Positions 7,403-16,345 of a stretch of 64,000 nt of DNA are shown piece by piece. Both the position numbers and the translations under genes were made by a program. The number at the start of each line of letters is the position of its first letter. Position 1 is the first letter of the stretch. Origin of the DNA: Acidobacteriota bacterium (lineage in GTDB: Bacteria > Acidobacteriota > UBA4820 > DSQY01); the NCBI GenBank assembly GCA_049967655.1, contig JBMFSH010000010.1, positions 1 to 64,000 on the forward strand. The letters run 5' to 3'. Below the pieces are notes generated by a model that made no database searches, was not told the DNA's origin, and was given only the letters and a program-made list of their open reading frames with translations.

Positions 7403-9334
7403 ATGGGGTCGATCTCAACGCAGGGGGAAAGCGCGGTTCCTTGCCCTGGGGCTCCTGCTCTTGAGTTGCGGCGGCCTCGAAGAATCTCGCTGCTCGTTTG
7501 TGTGGGGGACCTGTTGCTGGCCTGCCTCCTGGCCGCCCCCCTCCTCTTTCTGGGGCAGGCTCACGATTATTGGCTTACCGACGAACCGTTTGTGGCCGAG
7601 GTGGCCAGGGAGATGCTGGTTTCGGGCAACTATGTGGTTCCCACCTTGAACGGAGCCCCTTTCCTGGAGAAACCGCCCTTCTCCTATGCGGCCATCGCCC
7701 TCTCGTGGAAGCTGTGCGGGCAGTTCCCGTGGGCGGCGAGGCTGCCCTCGGCCCTCTTTGGTATGGTATCGGTAGCCGCCACCTACCTCCTCGGCCGGCG
7801 GCTTTTCGGAAGGTCCGTGGCCCTCTGGTCGGCGCTGATCTTGCCCACGCTCTTCCTTCCTTTCTACCTGGCCCACTACGCCCTCGCGGACCCGCCTCTC
7901 GTTGCTTTCGTCGCCGCCTCGCTGGCAGCTTTTGCCTATGCCTCGGGCGAGAAGGGTAGCCCGTGGGCTTTGCTCCTCGCTTATCTGTTCGCCGCCCTGG
8001 CCTTCCTCTCCAAGGGCCCCGTCGGCCCCCTGATGATCGTGCTGGGGGCGTTGCCCCAAGCCGCCGAGGAGAAAGAGGGGCCGCTCCGGAGTCCGTGGCT
8101 CCACGTGGCCGGGGCCGCCCTCTTTCTAGGGGGGGTCACGCCTTGGATCGTGGAGCTCTGGCTCCAAGGCAGATGGCCGTACTTCCACGAAGCGTTCCTG
8201 GCCAACACCCTGGGACGCTTTTTTGCAATCCCGTCGCTAGTCCCCAAGGATGATGTCCTCTCCACGCACGCCGCGCCCATCTACGACTATCTTGGCGGTC
8301 TGCTCGGGCAGTCCTTGCCCTGGGCGCCTCTGCTCGTCCTCGCTGTGCTGAGAGCGGCTGGCCGATGGATCCCGATGAGGCGGTACGGGGCCGCCCCCGG
8401 CTACCGCCTTGAAAAGGAGAGGCCCGAGGGCGGGGAACGGTTCCTCTTGATCTTCCTGGGCGCGAACCTCCTCATGCTCAGCCTGGCAAGGACCAAACGA
8501 TCCATCTACCTTGCCCCGCTCTTTCCCGCGCTGGCTGTGATCATGGCGAAGGAGTGGCTCGGCCTGGAATCAAGGCGTGGCAAGGCCCCGTTCTGGGTTC
8601 GCTGGATGACGGGCCTTCAGGTGGCTGTGACGGGAGCCTTCTCCGTCACTGTCGTGCTGGCCTATCTCTACCTCTCAGACCTGTCGGTCATACCCCTTCG
8701 AAGCTTTGTGCTCTGGGGCATGTGCCTCGCCATCGTCTTCGCCATGGCGGGATGGAGCCTTCGAAATTTCCGGACCTGGCGCCGTCAGCGGTACGGACCT
8801 CTCTTAAAAGCCCTCTGGGGCCAGGCGACCGCCTCGTATCTCCTCTTGATCTTGCTATGCTTTGGCCCGCTGGATGCTCAGAAGAGCCTGGCCGAGTTCT
8901 TTCGAGAGGCAGCCGTGGTGGAGCGGGCCCGGAATAGTGTTCCCTCTCTGCTTCTTGATAACGAGAGCTATGTCGGCATGGCGGGGCTTTACTTCAATCG
9001 TACGCTGCCCGTCAGTGGGCCCTCATCGATCGAGATGCGGGGACGGCAACCCGAAGACGTCATCACCGACCAGGCCGGCTTTGAAGTTCTGAATCACCTC
9101 CGGAGGTTCACCCCCGAGATAGTACGCGGTTCAACCATCGGTGGCCCGGGTGTGCCGCGGAGCCTCTTCCTGGTCCATCTCCAGCCACTGTCGAGCGAGG
9201 GGCTGCAACCCAGGGTTTTAGCCGCCATGCCTGGCGGTCGGGCCTTGAGAACTGGAACAGGTGCATCCAAAGCGCAAACCGCATGTTCCATGGGGCGAGA
9301 AGAAGATCCAGCGCGCCGCGTGGCCAAGCCGTGA
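7403..9334 (+). CDS. ArnT/PMT-family (GT-C) membrane glycosyltransferase
   Basis: WLTDEPFVAEVAREML...PTLNGAPFLEKPP, RLPSAL, AFLSKGPVG, KRSIYLAPLFP; many TM helices. Confidence 0.88.
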   Translation: MGSISTQGESAVPCPGAPALELRRPRRISLLVCVGDLLLACLLAAPLLFLGQAHDYWLTDEPFVAEVAREMLVSGNYVVPTLNGAPFLEKPPFSYAAIALSWKLCGQFPWAARLPSALFGMVSVAATYLLGRRLFGRSVALWSALILPTLFLPFYLAHYALADPPLVAFVAASLAAFAYASGEKGSPWALLLAYLFAALAFLSKGPVGPLMIVLGALPQAAEEKEGPLRSPWLHVAGAALFLGGVTPWIVELWLQGRWPYFHEAFLANTLGRFFAIPSLVPKDDVLSTHAAPIYDYLGGLLGQSLPWAPLLVLAVLRAAGRWIPMRRYGAAPGYRLEKERPEGGERFLLIFLGANLLMLSLARTKRSIYLAPLFPALAVIMAKEWLGLESRRGKAPFWVRWMTGLQVAVTGAFSVTVVLAYLYLSDLSVIPLRSFVLWGMCLAIVFAMAGWSLRNFRTWRRQRYGPLLKALWGQATASYLLLILLCFGPLDAQKSLAEFFREAAVVERARNSVPSLLLDNESYVGMAGLYFNRTLPVSGPSSIEMRGRQPEDVITDQAGFEVLNHLRRFTPEIVRGSTIGGPGVPRSLFLVHLQPLSSEGLQPRVLAAMPGGRALRTGTGASKAQTACSMGREEDPARRVAKP

Positions 9335-9349
9335 GGTTGGCGCCGGTTC

Positions 9350-9901
9350 TCACCGGTCCTGGAGGGGGTGGTCGGCCCAACCGTGGAATTTGCCGAGGCG
9401 GCGGTATGCGGCCACATAGCCCGCGTAGTTCCGCCAGCCGCCGCGGACCCTCTCGCGCTCGGCGTCGGTGAGGGGACGGAGGGGCTTGGCGGGGGAGCCC
9501 ACGACGAGGTGGCCGGCGGGCATGACGCGCCCCTGGGGGACCAGCGAGCCGGCCCCCACGATCACCTCCTCCTCGATGACGCAGCCGTCCAGGAGGATGG
9601 CGCCCATGCCGATAAGCGAGCGTCCCGCGAGGGTGCAGCCGTGGAGGATGGCGCCGTGGCCGATGACGATCTCGGGGCCGATCTCCAGCGGGAAGCGCTC
9701 GTGCGTCGTGTGGAGCGCGCAGTGGTCCTGCACGCTGGTCCGCGGCCCAATGCGGATCCAGTGGACGTCGCCGCGGATGGAGGCGTGGAACCAGACCGAG
9801 GCCTCCTCGCCGATGGTCACGTCACCGTTGATGCGGGCCGTGGGGTCCACGTAAACGGACGGGTGGATATGGGGTGAGCGTTCGAGGTGGGGCAGGTGCA
9901 T
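9350..9901 (-). CDS. Gamma carbonic anhydrase family (YrdA/PaaY-like) hexapeptide-repeat protein
   Basis: GDVTIGEEASVWFHASIRGDV, VQDHCALH, IGHGAILHGC; GGAGG RBS before ATG 9901. Confidence 0.92.
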   Translation of the reverse strand: MHLPHLERSPHIHPSVYVDPTARINGDVTIGEEASVWFHASIRGDVHWIRIGPRTSVQDHCALHTTHERFPLEIGPEIVIGHGAILHGCTLAGRSLIGMGAILLDGCVIEEEVIVGAGSLVPQGRVMPAGHLVVGSPAKPLRPLTDAERERVRGGWRNYAGYVAAYRRLGKFHGWADHPLQDR

Positions 9902-9969
9902 GGGAGGCCTCCGTGGGCGAGACGCGAGACGCTGGACGCGTGGGGAAACGGGCGGCTTCCCCGCAGGTC

Positions 9970-9993
9970 GAGATGGCGAGATGAGGTGATGAG
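9970..9993. repeat. Short octamer array (GAGATGGC GAGATGAG GTGATGAG)
   Basis: Three phased 8-mers of the same family as 46742-46773 and 55151-55198. Confidence 0.55.
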
Positions 9994-10062
9994 GGAAGGT
10001 CATAAAGATTCCGCAGGCCACGCCTCCAGCCTTTCCGCCTCCATCCTCTCATTCATCATCCA

Positions 10063-11493
10063 TCATCCTCTCTCCTTCACCACCTTGTCATAGATCCACA
10101 GGGCCAGGGCGATGAGGACGGCCCAGGCTCCGAAGGCGAACCAGACGCCGTCGGGCATGCCGCGCGTCTGGAAAAACTTCACCAGGTGCCCCCCCACGGA
10201 GGGGCCGAAGCCGAAGCCGATGGCGAAGGGCAGGAAGCCGTAGCCGATGTAGAGCGCGAGCTTCTCCTTGGGGGCGATGACGGCCACGTACTCCACCATG
10301 CGCGGGCTGAACATCATCTCCCCGACGGACCAGATGACCAGCGAGAGCGCCACCGCCCAGGCGCCGAGGGCGTAACCGAAGGGGCCCACGGAGGCCACCG
10401 CCACGGCCGAGATCAAGATGCCCACCACCATGGAGGGCAGAGGCCGGTAGCGCCCCATCCACTTCCCGATGAGCACTTGGAAGCAGACGATCATGATCGG
10501 GTCCACCGCCTGGAAGTACTCGATGTGGGCCTTCATGGCAGGGTCCAGCGAGGTGATGAAGAGGGGGATGTTGGTCCAGATCTGGCTGTAGAGGGCCCAG
10601 ACCCCCGAGAAGATCAGGATGAAGACGAGGAGCTTCCCGTCCCCGAAGCGCTGGGGCTGGAGGAGGCCGCCTCCCCGCCTCCCCTCGCGCCGCTCGCGGG
10701 CCCTCAGGGGGAGGTCCGCGGCGAGGTTGACCAGGACCCACAGCCCCGCCACCAGCAGGAGCGCCTCTCCGTCCATCCAGCCCTTCAGCCAGACGGCGTA
10801 GGCCGCGGCCACCCCCGCGGCCGTGAGCAGCAAGCGGGCGTTGCCCAGCACTAACACCATCTCTCCCAGCACGGTGCCCAGCGACTTGCCCCTGGCCTCC
10901 TCGGCCACCGGCAGGTTCCGGAAGAAGAGGAGGGTCACGGCCAGGGCGGCCGTCTCCACGACGCCGCAGGCCACGAAGATGAGGGCCGGGTGGCCCGTGG
11001 AGGTCCGCACCGTGTTGGCGAGGAAGGGGGCGAAGAAGGAGCCGATGTTGATGACGGTGTAGTAGATCGAGAAGCCTAGGGTGCGGTTCTCCTCCGTGGA
11101 GGCCGACTTGACCGCGCCGGCGATGACGGGCTTCATCACCGCGCCGCCCAGGGCGATGGTGAGGAGGGCCGCGAACATCCAGGGGTAGCTGGCCACGCGG
11201 CTGGCCCAGAAGTAGCCTCCCGTGACGATGACGAGGGAGACGGCCATGGTGGGCCGGAAGCCGTAGCGGTCCGCCAGGGCCCCGATGAGGATGGGCAGGA
11301 AGTAGCCCATGAAGAGCATGGTGCCGTACATGGCGTTGGCCCGGAGCTGGCCGAAGCCCAGGTCCTGCGCGAGGTAGATGATGAGGTAGGCGAGCATGCA
11401 GTAGGAGGCGAGGCAGTGCAGCAGCTCGGTGGCGATGGCCGCCCAGAAGGTCTGGTTGAACTGCCGTAGCGAGGCCAGAAGTCCGGTCTTCAT
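10063..11493 (-). CDS. MFS transporter, POT/PTR peptide-transporter-like
   Basis: GALADRYG, GFSIYYTVINIGSF, GEMMFSP; 12 or more TM helices. Confidence 0.85.
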   Translation of the reverse strand: MKTGLLASLRQFNQTFWAAIATELLHCLASYCMLAYLIIYLAQDLGFGQLRANAMYGTMLFMGYFLPILIGALADRYGFRPTMAVSLVIVTGGYFWASRVASYPWMFAALLTIALGGAVMKPVIAGAVKSASTEENRTLGFSIYYTVINIGSFFAPFLANTVRTSTGHPALIFVACGVVETAALAVTLLFFRNLPVAEEARGKSLGTVLGEMVLVLGNARLLLTAAGVAAAYAVWLKGWMDGEALLLVAGLWVLVNLAADLPLRARERREGRRGGGLLQPQRFGDGKLLVFILIFSGVWALYSQIWTNIPLFITSLDPAMKAHIEYFQAVDPIMIVCFQVLIGKWMGRYRPLPSMVVGILISAVAVASVGPFGYALGAWAVALSLVIWSVGEMMFSPRMVEYVAVIAPKEKLALYIGYGFLPFAIGFGFGPSVGGHLVKFFQTRGMPDGVWFAFGAWAVLIALALWIYDKVVKERG

Positions 11494-11514
11494 GCGGGTC
11501 TCCTCAAGGGGGCT

Positions 11515-12522
11515 TCACGAGCCGGGGGCCAGCCGGATGCGGCGGAGGATGGCCGGGATGTCGCGCGGGTAGGCGTGGATCCAGAGGACCGCCAGGCCGA
11601 GGTGCTCGAAGGCGTCCCAGACCGCGCGCCGCGAGGCCGAGTAGCGGATGGCCTCGCGGCTGTCGCCGGGGAGGGGCGCCGGAGGCTTGAGCAGGATGAA
11701 GTGGCGGTTGGGGACCGCGAGCGTGCGGGCCAGGTCGATCAGCCGTCTCAGGTTCGGGTCCTCCCCCGAGGTGCCGATGAAGAGGCAGGTGGTGCTGGCC
11801 AGGAGGTCGATGAAGACGTGGTCCGTCCAGTGGTAGGGCTGGTGCAGGCGGTCGTGGTAGTCGTCCTCCGAGAAGATGAGGCTGGTGGAGCGCCGCAGGG
11901 AGGAGTCGGCGGGTAGGAAGCCGTGGGTGTGGTAGATGGGGATCCGGTGGCGGGGGATCTGGATCGGGGCCTCGAAGATGCTCCGGTAGCGCCCCGCCAC
12001 GCCGAGGCGCTGGGCGAAGGTCTCCAGGAGGTCGTCGAAGTTCAAGGTCAGGATGGCACAGAGGCGCTCCATCGCCAGGATCTCCCGCACCGTGCCCGAG
12101 AGCCGGGGCGGCCGCTGGTAGAGGGCCTTGCGCACCTCGTCCAGGAACCGGTCGCCCAGCTTCGCCTTGACGTAGCGGACGATCATGGGCCGGACGCGCG
12201 CCTTGAGGGTGGCCTCGATGTCCCGCACGTGCAGCGGCGCCTCCTCCGGCCCCACGGCGTCGTACAGCCCCGCCAGCGAGCTGCGCAGGAGGCTCCGGGT
12301 GAGCTCCTCCCACATGGGCAGGCCGCAGGCCTTGGAGACCCCGGCCCCGAGCACCAGGCTGAGCCGCCCCTCCCGGTAGGCCTCCTGGAGGGCCTTTAGC
12401 TCGGGAGCGTTCCACTCCCGCTCCTTCTCGATCTCGCGGTCGGCCAGCGGCCTGTGCGTGGACGATGCCTCAGCCACCGGCCCCCAAGGCCCCTTCGGTT
12501 TCTCTCCGGGCATCCTTGCCAT
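11515..12522 (-). CDS. SIR2-like (SIR2_2-type) NAD-processing domain protein
   Basis: LVLGAGVS...LPMW, ILTLNFDDLLE, IYHTHG, LIFSEDDY, CLFIGTSGEDPNL; start uncertain (12522 or 12513). Confidence 0.82.
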   Translation of the reverse strand: MARMPGEKPKGPWGPVAEASSTHRPLADREIEKEREWNAPELKALQEAYREGRLSLVLGAGVSKACGLPMWEELTRSLLRSSLAGLYDAVGPEEAPLHVRDIEATLKARVRPMIVRYVKAKLGDRFLDEVRKALYQRPPRLSGTVREILAMERLCAILTLNFDDLLETFAQRLGVAGRYRSIFEAPIQIPRHRIPIYHTHGFLPADSSLRRSTSLIFSEDDYHDRLHQPYHWTDHVFIDLLASTTCLFIGTSGEDPNLRRLIDLARTLAVPNRHFILLKPPAPLPGDSREAIRYSASRRAVWDAFEHLGLAVLWIHAYPRDIPAILRRIRLAPGS

Positions 12523-12736
12523 GCCTTTTCCCCCCGCGCGCAAAGCCGCCGGGCCATGGTCGCATCGGGCCCTTCGGCGGGTCAAGGACAAATAGGGACA
12601 GCCACCTATTAAACCTTTCAATTTCACTCCCAGTTTCGCTCTTAGGCTTCCACCATGGGCCGCTTCCTCAGTCGCGATAACCTCGCCGGCGACCGCAGAG
12701 GCCTGAAGGAAGAGAGTGACCGAGCCCGGGTTCGGC

Positions 12737-13411
12737 TCAGTTCAGCAGGGCCGGATCGAGGCGGAGGGAGGCGGGGCGGCGCTTGAGGCGCTCTTCGACG
12801 AAGCCGCTGAGCAGGCGGAAGCGCTCGGGGATGGAGCGCGCCTCCAGGAGCGCCTGCTTGGGCTCCGGGCCGAGGCCCAGGGCCATGGCGGCCACGACGA
12901 TGAGCTGGTTGTCCTCGCCCTTGGCCAGTTCCCGGATGACGGTGACCACCTTCTCCGCCGGGCCCTCCAGGAAGAGCGAAAGGGCCGCCAGGAGGTCGAA
13001 GCGCAGGGACTCTTCGGCGGCCTCGCCGCTGCGGCCCGCGGTGGAAAGGGGATCGATCCGCACCTGGCGGTAGCGGGTCAGTGTCTGGATCTCCTCGGCC
13101 ACCCGGAACTCCTGCACGCCGAGCAGCCAGATGAGGTAGCGCCCGCCCGTCAGTTTGTGGTGCCTGGCGATGACTCCGGCGCAGCCCACGTCGCGGATGG
13201 GGGGCCGCTTCATGAAGCCGAGGCTCTCCGGTTCGCCCTCCTCCCCCTCGATCTGAACCATGCCGATGATGCGGTGGGAGGCGAGGGCGTCGCGCACCAT
13301 GTCCCGATACCGGCGCTCGAAGATGTGGAGGGGCATGAGCTCGCCCGGCAGGAGTACGGTGTGGATCAGGGGGAAAATCGGAATGACCTCGGGCACGGCT
13401 ACGGGCTTCAT
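12737..13411 (-). CDS. LON peptidase substrate-binding (N-terminal) domain protein
   Basis: IPIFPL..VLLPGELMPLHIFERRYRDMV; KQALLE..S..ER; GAGG RBS before ATG 13411. Confidence 0.88.
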   Translation of the reverse strand: MKPVAVPEVIPIFPLIHTVLLPGELMPLHIFERRYRDMVRDALASHRIIGMVQIEGEEGEPESLGFMKRPPIRDVGCAGVIARHHKLTGGRYLIWLLGVQEFRVAEEIQTLTRYRQVRIDPLSTAGRSGEAAEESLRFDLLAALSLFLEGPAEKVVTVIRELAKGEDNQLIVVAAMALGLGPEPKQALLEARSIPERFRLLSGFVEERLKRRPASLRLDPALLN

Positions 13412-13600
13412 GACCTCTTTCCTCTCGCGGCTCTCGGCTGGACCGTCTCCTCTTGCCGTAACGTGCCGGAGGGGCTGGGCTATTTCGTTAGGGGACAGGG
13501 GACAGGAGGTGGTTGCTGCATCAAGATCCCCGATCTGCAAACTGAAGGCTCGCCAGCCCTCCCTGCCCGATCCGTGGTAAAAGATCCTGAGGAGGCGCGC

Positions 13601-16345
13601 GTGGAGGAAGGCGAGAGCGTGATTTTCGCCCGGGCCGAGGAGCTGGAGGCCCGGTGCGCGGAGGCGGCCATGGGCGGAGAGCTCGTGCTGGCCGTGCGCG
13701 GGCGCCTGGCCCGGCGCATCATCCACCGCTACCGCCTGGTCCGCATGGGCGCCGCCTCCGGGTGGGCCTCACCCCAGGTCTTCAGCCTGGAGCACTGGAT
13801 CCGTTCTGTGCACGAAGGCCTGTGGAACGAGCGCCGGCCCATGGGCCTGGCCGCCGCCCTGCGCCTGTGGCACGCGGCCGCGGCGCTGGAGTCGGCGCCC
13901 GGCGGACTCTCGCTCTCTCCATCGCTCTACCTCCAGCTTCAGGAGAGCTACGAGCTCCTCCAGGGCCGGCCCCTCTCCCTCCAACCGGAATCGCGAGGGG
14001 ACGAGCTTCCCGCGTGGCGGGCACGGGTCACCCGGCGGTTTTGCAAGCTGGCCGCCTCCGAGGGGTGGGCGGCCTCGCGGGACAGGGTGGAGGCCGTGTG
14101 CGCCGCGCTCGCGGCGGGAGGCGTGGCGCTCCCCGAGCGAGTCGTGCTGGTCGGCTTCGACGACCCCGCACCCGCGGTGGAGGAGATCGCCGAAGCCATC
14201 GCCTCCCGGACCCGGCTTGTCCGCTGGCGCGCGGGCGCACCTCCTGCGGAGGGGACGCGGGTGAGGGTCTTTCCCGTGCCCCTCCAGGAATGCCAGGCGG
14301 TGGCGGCGGAGGCCCTCGATGCGTGGAACGGAGGACAGAGGCGCCTCGGCATCGCCTTCTTCGGCCGCGAGTACGGCGACCTGGTGGCGCGCTGCCTCGA
14401 TGAGCTCACGGCCGGGGCACCCCTGCGGGAGGGGGCCCTGCGGTACAACCTCACCCAGGGCACGCCGCTCGCCGACCATCCGCTGGTCCGGACCGCCCTC
14501 CTTCCGCTCCGCATCGCCTCCGAGGGGAGGGCGTGGGAACTTCTGCCCTCCCTGCTCGCCTCGCCCTACGCGCGCCCCTCGCTGGAGCGGTGGAGCAAGC
14601 GGACCCTGGACCTCCTCTGCTCCGTCGCCGAGGCCGGTGGGGCCCGCGCCGCCGCCGAGAGGCTCTGCGCGCAGGGCCTGCCCCTGCGCTCCCTCACGGG
14701 GCTTCTGCGTCCCGGCGCCAGGAGGCTGGAGGAGTGGTTGGGCGGCCTGGCCCGGCTCTGGCGCGAGCTGGATTTTCCAGTGCGCTCTCGGCGGCGGGAG
14801 ACGCGGGAGACGGACGAGCTGGCCTGGCGCCACCTGTGCGACGTGGTGGAGGCCCTGCGGCGCGACGCGGGCGATCTGGTGGTGTCGGCGTCGGAGGCTC
14901 TGGCCTGGATCGCCGCCGCCTCCTCGGGCAGCGAGGTCATCGAGAAGACGCCCGAGACGGCGGGCATCCAGGTCCTGCCCGTCTCCCAGGCCCGCGGCCT
15001 CGCCTTTGACGGCCTGTGGATCGTGGGCTGCCACGGACGGGCGCTGCCGCCCCCGGTGCCGGACCACCCGCTCCTGGCTCCGGCGGAGCGGGCCCTGCTG
15101 GAGGAGGCCAGTCCGAAGGGCCAGTGGGCGGCGGGACGAAGGATGCTGGAGGCCCTCGCGGCGTGTAGCGGGGCGTGCCATTTCAGCAGGGCCGCGCAGG
15201 CCGGCGACGAGCGCCCCTTTCTGCCCTGCCCCCTCCTGGAGGACGAGCCGCCGGAACGGCAAACACACCGCCCGCTGGACCTCTGGTCCGACCCGCCCGG
15301 GGCCTGGCTCAGGGCGCGTTGGCTGCGCGGGGGCCTGGCGGGGCTGGCCTCGCCGCCGCCGGCCCCGCGCGCGGCGGGGGAGGCCGTGGCCTTCGCCGTG
15401 CCCTCCTCTCTCAACGTGACGCAGGATTTGCAGGCGCTCATGCAGTGTCCCCAGAGGTTCTTCTGCGCCCGGGCCCTCGGACTGGAGCCCCTCCCGGAGC
15501 ACCGGGAGGGCATCCCGCCGGAGGTGCGCGGACAGGTGATCCACTCGATCCTCGCGGCCTTCGTGCAGGGCATCCTGGAAGAGGGTTCGGGCTGGCCCGC
15601 CGACGGGGCGTCGGCGCGGCGCCGCCTGGAGGCCGCCGTGGACGCGGTTCTGGAGCAGCACGGCCGGGAGGGCGCCCCGGCCTTCTGGCGCGTGGAGCGG
15701 AGGCGCCTGCTGGGCGATGACGCCGAGCCGGGGCTCCTGACCCGGTGGCTCGAATTGGAGAGGGAACGGGCGGCGGCCGGCTGGCGCTTCCTCTTCGCCG
15801 AACAGCCCTTCGAGGCTCTCGCGCTCGATGGGGCGGCGATCGCGCTTCGCGGCCGGATGGACCGGGCGGACGGCCATCCGGAGGAGGGGCTGGCGGTCTG
15901 GGACTACAAAACGGGACAGCCTCCCCCAGCGGCCGAAGTTCTCTCCCACTGGGCCCACCCGCAACTCCCCGCCTACGCGGCGGCGCTAACGCGGAGGCCG
16001 CTGGCGGAGGAGGCGAAGAGGCGCTTCCCCACCCTTCCCGAAGGCGCGCCGACGGTGCGCGGAGGCTACGTGGCGCTCCGGCGCGTCAGGGACCTCTCCG
16101 CGGCCTTCCTGCGCGAGCCGGGCCGGGGCGGGGGCGACGTGGTTCTCTCGGAGAGGCTGGAGGAGTGGGAGCGGGCCGTTGCCCAGCGGCTGGAGGGGCC
16201 GAGGGCGGGGCGCTTCGCGGCCGACCCGAGGCCGCCCTTTCTGGGGCCCGGGAGGGAGGGCGCCTGCGCCCACTGTCCCTACGACAAGATCTGCGGCTAT
16301 TTCGACGGTACGGACCGCCGTATTCCCGGGGAGGAGGAGGCGTGA
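13601..16345 (+). CDS. AddB/RexB-like PD-(D/E)XK nuclease subunit with probable Fe-S cluster
   Basis: QCPQRFF, RGRMDRAD...WDYKTG, QLPAY, CAHCPYDKIC; GAGGAGG RBS before GTG 13601; coupled to the UvrD gene. Confidence 0.82.
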   Translation: MEEGESVIFARAEELEARCAEAAMGGELVLAVRGRLARRIIHRYRLVRMGAASGWASPQVFSLEHWIRSVHEGLWNERRPMGLAAALRLWHAAAALESAPGGLSLSPSLYLQLQESYELLQGRPLSLQPESRGDELPAWRARVTRRFCKLAASEGWAASRDRVEAVCAALAAGGVALPERVVLVGFDDPAPAVEEIAEAIASRTRLVRWRAGAPPAEGTRVRVFPVPLQECQAVAAEALDAWNGGQRRLGIAFFGREYGDLVARCLDELTAGAPLREGALRYNLTQGTPLADHPLVRTALLPLRIASEGRAWELLPSLLASPYARPSLERWSKRTLDLLCSVAEAGGARAAAERLCAQGLPLRSLTGLLRPGARRLEEWLGGLARLWRELDFPVRSRRRETRETDELAWRHLCDVVEALRRDAGDLVVSASEALAWIAAASSGSEVIEKTPETAGIQVLPVSQARGLAFDGLWIVGCHGRALPPPVPDHPLLAPAERALLEEASPKGQWAAGRRMLEALAACSGACHFSRAAQAGDERPFLPCPLLEDEPPERQTHRPLDLWSDPPGAWLRARWLRGGLAGLASPPPAPRAAGEAVAFAVPSSLNVTQDLQALMQCPQRFFCARALGLEPLPEHREGIPPEVRGQVIHSILAAFVQGILEEGSGWPADGASARRRLEAAVDAVLEQHGREGAPAFWRVERRRLLGDDAEPGLLTRWLELERERAAAGWRFLFAEQPFEALALDGAAIALRGRMDRADGHPEEGLAVWDYKTGQPPPAAEVLSHWAHPQLPAYAAALTRRPLAEEAKRRFPTLPEGAPTVRGGYVALRRVRDLSAAFLREPGRGGGDVVLSERLEEWERAVAQRLEGPRAGRFAADPRPPFLGPGREGACAHCPYDKICGYFDGTDRRIPGEEEA

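Noticed and set aside
12716..13600. N-terminal 295-aa extension of the AddB-like ORF
   Set aside because: Antisense to the LON-domain gene; a strong RBS supports the start at 13601
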